In this document: piece after piece, positions 26,475-32,000 of the stretch
Numbering within the stretch: position 1 is the first letter of the stretch
How the letters are laid out: every line of letters starts with the position of its first letter
Assembly (NCBI RefSeq): GCF_000734015.1
Contig: NZ_CP008796.1
Location: 1,410,001 to 1,442,000, forward strand
DNA: 32,000 nt
Direction: 5' to 3'
Origin: Thermodesulfobacterium commune DSM 2178
Lineage (GTDB): Bacteria > Desulfobacterota > Thermodesulfobacteria > Thermodesulfobacteriales > Thermodesulfobacteriaceae
Program-made: the position numbers and the translations under genes
The notes under the pieces: model-generated
Told to the model about the DNA's origin: nothing
Databases searched by the model: none
The model's input: only the letters and a program-made list of their open reading frames with translations

Positions 26475-28691
26475 TCACATCAGAGGAGGAAGGGTTAAAA
26501 CAGGATGGTTAACCCTTTCTACCCAAGTTTTTATCTCTTCCTCTGTGTTAGCTATCGTTTCGTCTGCTATCTTTTCTATCAAATCAGGAACTCCTAACTT
26601 TTCTGCCATTATTTTTAGTTTATCCTTGAGTTCCTCTTTTAAACTTTTAGGCATCCACACAAGCCTTTTTATTCCACCTTCAGCCATCAAAAACTTAGGA
26701 GATACGATATAATGTTTAGCTACCCCTAAGAATCCTGGTGTTTGCACCCCACCACCTACCATACCTGCCATGGTAGAAAATTTCATACCTGTAGGGGTAA
26801 GACCTGTATAATCCCGGTTAACTACCATAATTCCGTTCACCTCGGGAAGTACCGCAGCAATGCACTCAAAACATCCACAGGCAGTCATAGGGTCTTTCAT
26901 AATACTATAAAGCGCCACTTTCTCTATTTTCCCACGAGAAGCCTCTTTAACAAACTCGTTTACCCCTGAAAAATATCCAAGAACCGGGTCTAAACATTCC
27001 CCTTTAGGAATAGGTTGGTTGGGACCTGTGGGATTGATCTCATAACCCGCCTTTCCGTCAAGCCAGTTATAAGCCCCACACATACCCACCCTTTCAGGGG
27101 TTATCACACACACATGAGATGGAGCAAAACTCTGACATAACGTACAGGAATAAAACACATCCACCTTTTCATCAACCAACCCAGCAATTCTTTCATCTCT
27201 AACCCGATAAACCTGCTTAGCCTGTTCTAAAATCTTTTTAACCTCAGATTCTTGGGTGTAGATTTTTACCTGCAGTTTATCTACTATGGCACTAAACTTT
27301 TCTTTTATCTTGGCATATAGGATTAATCCTAAATGTTTAAACGTAAAACCTTTTTCCACAGCTTGCTTAGATATCCTAAGCCACATTAAATTTCTTTGGC
27401 CTACATGCATAATCCCCTGGGCATAGTTTATAAAATAGTGAAACTGTCTCTCTATGATAGGTTCAAAATCTTCTTGCATGTTAGCCCCAGCTACTTCAAC
27501 CACCACCGCTAAAGGCAATCTATAAGGAGGGCCTTTTTCTTCAAATTTTTTTAAGTCTGGAATATCTGGACCAAATACTTCGATCTTTCCGTCCTCTATT
27601 TCGTCTAAAGGCCTTGAAACCAGCAACTCAACCCCTAAGGTCCTTCCTCCTCCACATTCAAGATAGAGGTCTTCCTTTCTAACCCTTTCTCCCTCAAAAG
27701 AAGCGGCATAAGCTACAGGAATGTCAAGCTTAACCGAGGTAATCTTAAGCCCTCTTACTTCTAAAGCTGTGTCAACCATCTTATCAAGGGGCACTTTAGA
27801 AACAAGATGTTCATAAAGACACACCCCTGGCACCTTTATTTCAGGAAGTTCTACATCGGTTATCACTGGACATCCCCAGTTAAAGACCCCAAGTGCGGTT
27901 GCTGCAACCTCTAAAGAAGGAGCACCAAAGGACAACGTAAAAGCAAAGGTTCTGTTTTTATTATAAAGAAGGTTTTTTGGCCCTTCTCCTGGCTTTACCC
28001 CTCCAAAAGACATAGCCACTCTACAAGCAAACCCAATGGCAAAGGCTACTGAGGTTACCTCTGGGCCAAAGGGCACCAGTCGAGTTGACCAGCCAAGCTG
28101 AACCCCTTGTTGCAAAAGACTTTCTGCCAAACTCACCCCTTGCCCTGTTCCATGCAAAAACACATACAGATTTTTTTCTTGAAGGTCTCTTATTATGTTG
28201 ATTGCACTTTCTATATCTTCAGGAGTCCCAAGAATAGCCGCAAAACCAGGAGCAGTTCCATCTACAAACTCAACCCCTCTTTTCCTAAAAACAACATCAT
28301 CTGCCGCCCCAAGCCAAAGCTTCCCTTCCCCTGGGTCTTCTGAATAACAATAAAAGTCCGGCTGTTTTAGATATCTAATAGCCTCGATAATTTCTTCAGA
28401 AAAAAGCGCAACCAACCCTGCATCTAAGGCCTTGCCCCAGTAAAAAAATTCAGAAGAAGTCTCCTTAGGTAAAAGCTTCTTTATTTCTTCTAAAACCTCT
28501 CCACAATCCCCCAGTTTTTTAACCGGATAACCTAAGATAGCATAGATTATGGGTAAAAAATAAGCAGTATTCGGGAAACCTATGGGTTTTTCTTTACCAA
28601 AGGTTTTTACCGCCTGTTCATATTCCTCTAACGCCCTCTCAAAAAGTAAATAGGAACCTTTTATACCCAACTCACAGACTATTTTAGACAT
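26475..28691 (-). CDS. acsB: acetyl-CoA synthase (A-cluster subunit of CODH/ACS)
   Basis: FPNTAYFLPIIYA…, CTLCQSFAPSHVCVITPERVGMCGAYNWLD, and CGCFECI (Cys-Gly-Cys Ni site). About 738 aa. Confidence 0.9.
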   Translation of the reverse strand: MSKIVCELGIKGSYLLFERALEEYEQAVKTFGKEKPIGFPNTAYFLPIIYAILGYPVKKLGDCGEVLEEIKKLLPKETSSEFFYWGKALDAGLVALFSEEIIEAIRYLKQPDFYCYSEDPGEGKLWLGAADDVVFRKRGVEFVDGTAPGFAAILGTPEDIESAINIIRDLQEKNLYVFLHGTGQGVSLAESLLQQGVQLGWSTRLVPFGPEVTSVAFAIGFACRVAMSFGGVKPGEGPKNLLYNKNRTFAFTLSFGAPSLEVAATALGVFNWGCPVITDVELPEIKVPGVCLYEHLVSKVPLDKMVDTALEVRGLKITSVKLDIPVAYAASFEGERVRKEDLYLECGGGRTLGVELLVSRPLDEIEDGKIEVFGPDIPDLKKFEEKGPPYRLPLAVVVEVAGANMQEDFEPIIERQFHYFINYAQGIMHVGQRNLMWLRISKQAVEKGFTFKHLGLILYAKIKEKFSAIVDKLQVKIYTQESEVKKILEQAKQVYRVRDERIAGLVDEKVDVFYSCTLCQSFAPSHVCVITPERVGMCGAYNWLDGKAGYEINPTGPNQPIPKGECLDPVLGYFSGVNEFVKEASRGKIEKVALYSIMKDPMTACGCFECIAAVLPEVNGIMVVNRDYTGLTPTGMKFSTMAGMVGGGVQTPGFLGVAKHYIVSPKFLMAEGGIKRLVWMPKSLKEELKDKLKIMAEKLGVPDLIEKIADETIANTEEEIKTWVERVNHPVLTLPPLM

Positions 28692-28701
28692 TACTTACCT
28701 C

Positions 28702-30894
28702 TTACGGTTTTTGTTCACTTGAAGTCCATAAAAGATTTAATACCCTTTTAGTCAACTCTAAGGACTTAGGATGCCTGAGAATAAACAATTCGCCTCCTGC
28801 TAACGCAAGGGACACGGCAGTAATAACCTCCATCATAACCCCTCTCATCTCAGCCTCTCCCATGAATTCATCAGAAGGAAGACTGGTTTCTTTAGTCTTC
28901 CAGACCTCTCTACCTACGTTGCAGATAAAGGGATTTTGCAGTTTTACGTCGTTAGAATAAAGGGCTGCAAGCCTTATCCTTTCCATCACAGAATAGGTAT
29001 ATTCAAGTCCATACCCAAGGGCACCTACTGAAGGGTCCATGATAATCTTTTCTAAAGGCACTCCAAGATTTTCAAGCAAAATGTTTAGCTGTTTAGCTAT
29101 GTTAACGTCTATAGGGCTTTGAGCTATCACAGGCAGTTGATAACCTAAGGCTACTGCCCCTAAAGTACGGTAGTTATCTTCAACTATAGGGCCAAAAAGG
29201 ATGTTATCATCCTTAATTACCTCAGCCACCTCTCTAAGCACCTCGGTGTCTTTTTCGGCGTTATCACACCCCCATATGATCAAAGGCACATCTACCGCTT
29301 TTTTAACCTTTTCTATAACCCTTTTGGCATGGTCTGCCCCTAAATTTAAATAGTTCGGGTCTATCCCTAACAAATAAACAGCGATCGCCTCAGCCCCATA
29401 CTCTTCTACACATTTTTTAGCCCAGGACCCAGGGTCATCCCACACATCTTTAAAATATTTAGCAAGCACCTCTGGAAAATCCTCAGGAACAACGTCTAAC
29501 ACCTCCATCGCTATCCTTAAAGGTTGACCTAAACTACCCTCAAAACTGTGAAAGGGTAAGGCCTCAGCACCTCCAACTTTTAACGCTTTATCGCCTTTTC
29601 CAAAAACAACCTCTCTAATCCTGCCAGAAGCAGGTTCACGATAAAGGTCTTCTGGAAGGCCCTTAGCCCTTTCAGATAAACTCCGATATAAAACTTTTAG
29701 CCTGGATTTTTCACCTGTCAGGATTTCTTCTTTAGCAGGTGCCAAGGAGGATGGAGAGGTTTTTGTAAGATCCTCTACTACTGCAGTAGGTTTTTCTTTT
29801 GGTGTCTCTATCGTAATACTGACTTTTTCTAAATCTTCTTCTTTTATTTCTTTTTTTCCGGTAATTAAACTTTCAAGTCTTAAAAGATGCTCTTTTAAAT
29901 TTTTTATTTCTTCTTCTAAGTGCTTTTTTTCTTGTTCTCTCAAAGAAAAGGTCTTAGTATCTTCTGGTAACAAATCTTGAGAAAATGGACGAGGATAAAA
30001 GCCAGTTTTTTTAAGAATTTCAGGAAGGTATTCTTCCCAGCCTATAGCCATAAGATGAAATCCCTTTACTCCAGGGATTTCTTTTATTTGTTCTATCAGT
30101 TCTACAGCTATTTTTATACCTTCTTCTAAAGGGTCTTTAGCCTCGCGCATTCTTTTAACCAGATCTTCAGGCACACAAGAACCTGGCAGGTGACTTTTGA
30201 TGTAGTCTATCATCCGAAAAGATTTGGGAGGTACTATTCCTGCTAAGATATAGGCCTTTTCTGTAAGACCTTCGTTGTGGGCGATATACATGAACTGCTT
30301 AAACTTGGTTACATCATAAACCAGCTGAGTTTGAATAAACTCAGCCCCTGCTTTGATTTTTTTAGCAAGTCTTCTTACTCTATACTCTGAAGGGTCAGCA
30401 AAAGGATTTTCTGTTGCCCCGATAAAAAATCGAGGATTTTCTCCTTTTATCTCCTGTCCGTTTAAAAACCTCCCTTGCTTAAGTTGATTAACCATAGCCA
30501 CCAGTTGCACAGAATCTAAATCAAACACAGGCTTAGCCTGAGGATGATCACCAAACGTAGGATGGTCTCCTGTGGTACAAAAAACATTTCTTATCCCTAA
30601 AGCCCAAGCCCCAAGAAGGTCAGACTGCATGGCTATGCGGTTTCTATCTCGGCAGGTCATCTGAAGGATAGGTTCTATCCCCTCTAACATAATAGCCAAA
30701 CAACCAGCTAAGCTTGAAAGCCTTACCATGGCAACCTGACAGTCGGTTATGTTTGCAGCATCTACATAACCTTTAAGCACGCGGGCTTTCTTTTTTAACG
30801 GCTCAAGGCTTGCATGCTTCGGAGGTGCAAGCTCACAAGTAATGGCCATATAACCAGACTTTAAAACCCTTTCTAAATTGCTTCTAAATTTCAC
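28702..30894 (-). CDS. fusion protein: MetF-type methylene-THF reductase (N) + charged linker + corrinoid Fe-S protein small subunit AcsD (C)
   Basis: N-terminal part: ITCELAPP…QMTCRDRNR…CTTGDHP…FIQTQLVYD…. C-terminal part: GGAEALPFHSFEG…PLIIWGC…DPSVGALGYGLEYTYSVMERIRLAAL…. One uninterrupted frame. The start is set at GTG 30894, 7 nt after AGGAG (rc of 30902-30906); the track ATG at 30969 would overlap metV by 61 nt. Confidence 0.8.
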   Translation of the reverse strand: MKFRSNLERVLKSGYMAITCELAPPKHASLEPLKKKARVLKGYVDAANITDCQVAMVRLSSLAGCLAIMLEGIEPILQMTCRDRNRIAMQSDLLGAWALGIRNVFCTTGDHPTFGDHPQAKPVFDLDSVQLVAMVNQLKQGRFLNGQEIKGENPRFFIGATENPFADPSEYRVRRLAKKIKAGAEFIQTQLVYDVTKFKQFMYIAHNEGLTEKAYILAGIVPPKSFRMIDYIKSHLPGSCVPEDLVKRMREAKDPLEEGIKIAVELIEQIKEIPGVKGFHLMAIGWEEYLPEILKKTGFYPRPFSQDLLPEDTKTFSLREQEKKHLEEEIKNLKEHLLRLESLITGKKEIKEEDLEKVSITIETPKEKPTAVVEDLTKTSPSSLAPAKEEILTGEKSRLKVLYRSLSERAKGLPEDLYREPASGRIREVVFGKGDKALKVGGAEALPFHSFEGSLGQPLRIAMEVLDVVPEDFPEVLAKYFKDVWDDPGSWAKKCVEEYGAEAIAVYLLGIDPNYLNLGADHAKRVIEKVKKAVDVPLIIWGCDNAEKDTEVLREVAEVIKDDNILFGPIVEDNYRTLGAVALGYQLPVIAQSPIDVNIAKQLNILLENLGVPLEKIIMDPSVGALGYGLEYTYSVMERIRLAALYSNDVKLQNPFICNVGREVWKTKETSLPSDEFMGEAEMRGVMMEVITAVSLALAGGELFILRHPKSLELTKRVLNLLWTSSEQKP

Positions 30895-30908
30895 GCAAGC
30901 TCTCCTCT

Positions 30909-31577
30909 TTAAAAGGTTAAGTCTTCTCTTTGTCTTTTTCTTGGGCCTTCGCCAAAGGTTAATCTCCAATCCTTTGGACCTATTATTTCATCAAGGCTTG
31001 CAAGCTCTCCCCTTTTTTCAAGCCTGATGATAATCTCATACCACACACAAGGTATTTCAGGGTTTACCTCACACCTTTCTGTTTGAGACCCTCCACAAGG
31101 CCCGTTTAAAAGACCTTTTGGGCACCTTGCTATAGGACAAAGACCTGCGGTTTTATCGATAAAACAATCCCCACAAGCCCGACACTTCTCCTCCCAAACA
31201 CCAAATCCAACATGGGCTCCTATAAATAAAGTATCTGTTCCAGGATAAACCTTTAAATCAGGATAAAGGTCAGCTATCAAGTTTACCCCTACTCCACAAG
31301 CTAAACTGACTACCGCTTCAACCTCTTTAAGAAACTCAGGCAACACCTTCAAAGCAACAGGGTCACACTGCCTAATAAGGGTTTGTCCGAGAGCAATAAA
31401 GTTTTTCCCTTCTTTTTCTGCTATAAGGTTTAATGCCGAGACCAGCAACTTTACCTCTCGATCTCCTCCAGTTGAGCAAATCCCTGAACACCCCCTACAT
31501 CCTAAAACCAGAACCTTACGAAAGTCTGCTATGTTTTGCCAAATCTTTTCTATAGGTTTTAATTCTGTAATTACCAT
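30909..31577 (-). CDS. metV: MetV (MTHFR C-terminal-domain / zinc-ribbon Fe-S partner of MetF)
   Basis: Cys-rich: GCRGCSGIC…, CRACGDC…GLCPIARCPKGLLNGPCGG…CEV…CVW. Confidence 0.8.
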   Translation of the reverse strand: MVITELKPIEKIWQNIADFRKVLVLGCRGCSGICSTGGDREVKLLVSALNLIAEKEGKNFIALGQTLIRQCDPVALKVLPEFLKEVEAVVSLACGVGVNLIADLYPDLKVYPGTDTLFIGAHVGFGVWEEKCRACGDCFIDKTAGLCPIARCPKGLLNGPCGGSQTERCEVNPEIPCVWYEIIIRLEKRGELASLDEIIGPKDWRLTFGEGPRKRQREDLTF

Positions 31578-31590
31578 AACCTTTTCTCCG

Positions 31591-31929
31591 TTAAGCTTTA
31601 AGAACCTGATCTAATAAAGTTTGACCTTTTTCTTTGCTAAGATAAACCATCTCCAGTCTATATCCTTCAACCCATTTTCCTAAATATCTTCTTACCGTAG
31701 CCATCCTTTTTTCTGCCCTTAAGTTCCCGATCCTACTTTTACACGTTCCTTTTTTACACCCTACCACAAAAACCTGCTGAAAACCCTCTTCCAAAGCTTT
31801 CAGCACCTCAAAAACAGTTAAATCTCCTGCACAATCTAAGGTCTTTAAAACTATATCTTCTCTATCCTTCATCTCTTCTTCTAAACCAAGCTCTCTACAA
31901 ACAAACATCAGAGTTTTTCCTTTCATCAA
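31591..31929 (-). CDS. mvhD: MvhD/FlpD-like [2Fe-2S] electron-transfer subunit
   Basis: …MFVC…LDCAGDLTVFEVLKALEEGFQQVFVVGCKKGTCKSRIGNLRAEKR… follows the MvhD pattern (C…C.G.v…Af..GadGV.v.gC….C…GN..a.kR). Confidence 0.75.
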   Translation of the reverse strand: MMKGKTLMFVCRELGLEEEMKDREDIVLKTLDCAGDLTVFEVLKALEEGFQQVFVVGCKKGTCKSRIGNLRAEKRMATVRRYLGKWVEGYRLEMVYLSKEKGQTLLDQVLKA

Positions 31930-31941
31930 GCCTCCGTAACC

Positions 31942-32000
31942 TTAGATTACTTGAAGATAGATCGCCTCAGAAGGACACTCACCGATACAGATGCCACAAC
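31942..32000 (-). CDS. partial CDS: C-terminal 4Fe-4S ferredoxin motif of an upstream Fe-S protein (HdrA-like is possible)
   Basis: The minus strand reads CGICIGECPSEAIYLQVI* (CxxCxxCP). Its position upstream of mvhD-metV-metF matches the Hdr-MvhD-MetVF gene order known from Moorella. Confidence 0.45.
   Translation of the reverse strand, partial: CGICIGECPSEAIYLQVI

Noticed and set aside
30895-30969. N-terminal extension of the MetF::AcsD ORF (MEINLWRRPKKKTKRR…)
   Set aside because: It overlaps the metV 3' end by 61 nt, is highly basic and has no RBS. The GTG at 30894 has an AGGAG 7 nt upstream and begins right at the conserved MetF N-terminus.
1-32000. CRISPR arrays, rRNA, toxin-antitoxin pairs, recognisable defence systems
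   Set aside because: No regularly spaced direct repeats and no signature proteins were seen on either strand. This visual scan cannot exclude very degenerate repeats.

Overview
Hand-read annotation; no searches or computations were run. Coordinates were counted by eye and composition statements are qualitative. The window looks like a chromosomal segment of an anaerobic, probably thermophilic bacterium, because the proteins are rich in K/E/I/L. A Thermodesulfobacteriota-like organism is only a guess.

Left to right:
- A hexapeptide-repeat transferase, tRNA-Arg(UCU) and an IS1380-like transposase stub.
- A cobalamin riboswitch driving metE, a eukaryote-type (GT3-like) glycogen-synthase homolog, and rpe.
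- A minus-strand block: PaaI thioesterase, SRP RNA (ffs), tRNA-Sec (selC), M48/TPR protease, a small Zn-ribbon protein and an ATP-grasp enzyme.
- A gene-free 0.5-kb spacer, a DUF2934 protein, and rmuC-like, copA and copZ.
- A visibly AT-richer accessory segment (about 14.2-19.6 kb). It holds a translationally coupled FIST sensor and GGDEF cyclase pair, one intact IS256-family element with an 8-bp target duplication, a decayed tandem copy of it, a second IS1380-like remnant and an A-tract-rich spacer.
- A lytic transglycosylase, iorAB, a TrmH-family methyltransferase and folE2.
- A tightly packed Wood-Ljungdahl operon on the minus strand: Hdr-like Fe-S protein C-terminus, mvhD, metV, metF::acsD, acsB, acsC, acsE.

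The most unusual feature is one open reading frame that fuses a MetF-type methylene-THF reductase to the corrinoid Fe-S protein small subunit AcsD through a long charged linker. No CRISPR array, integrase or recognisable defence system was seen.
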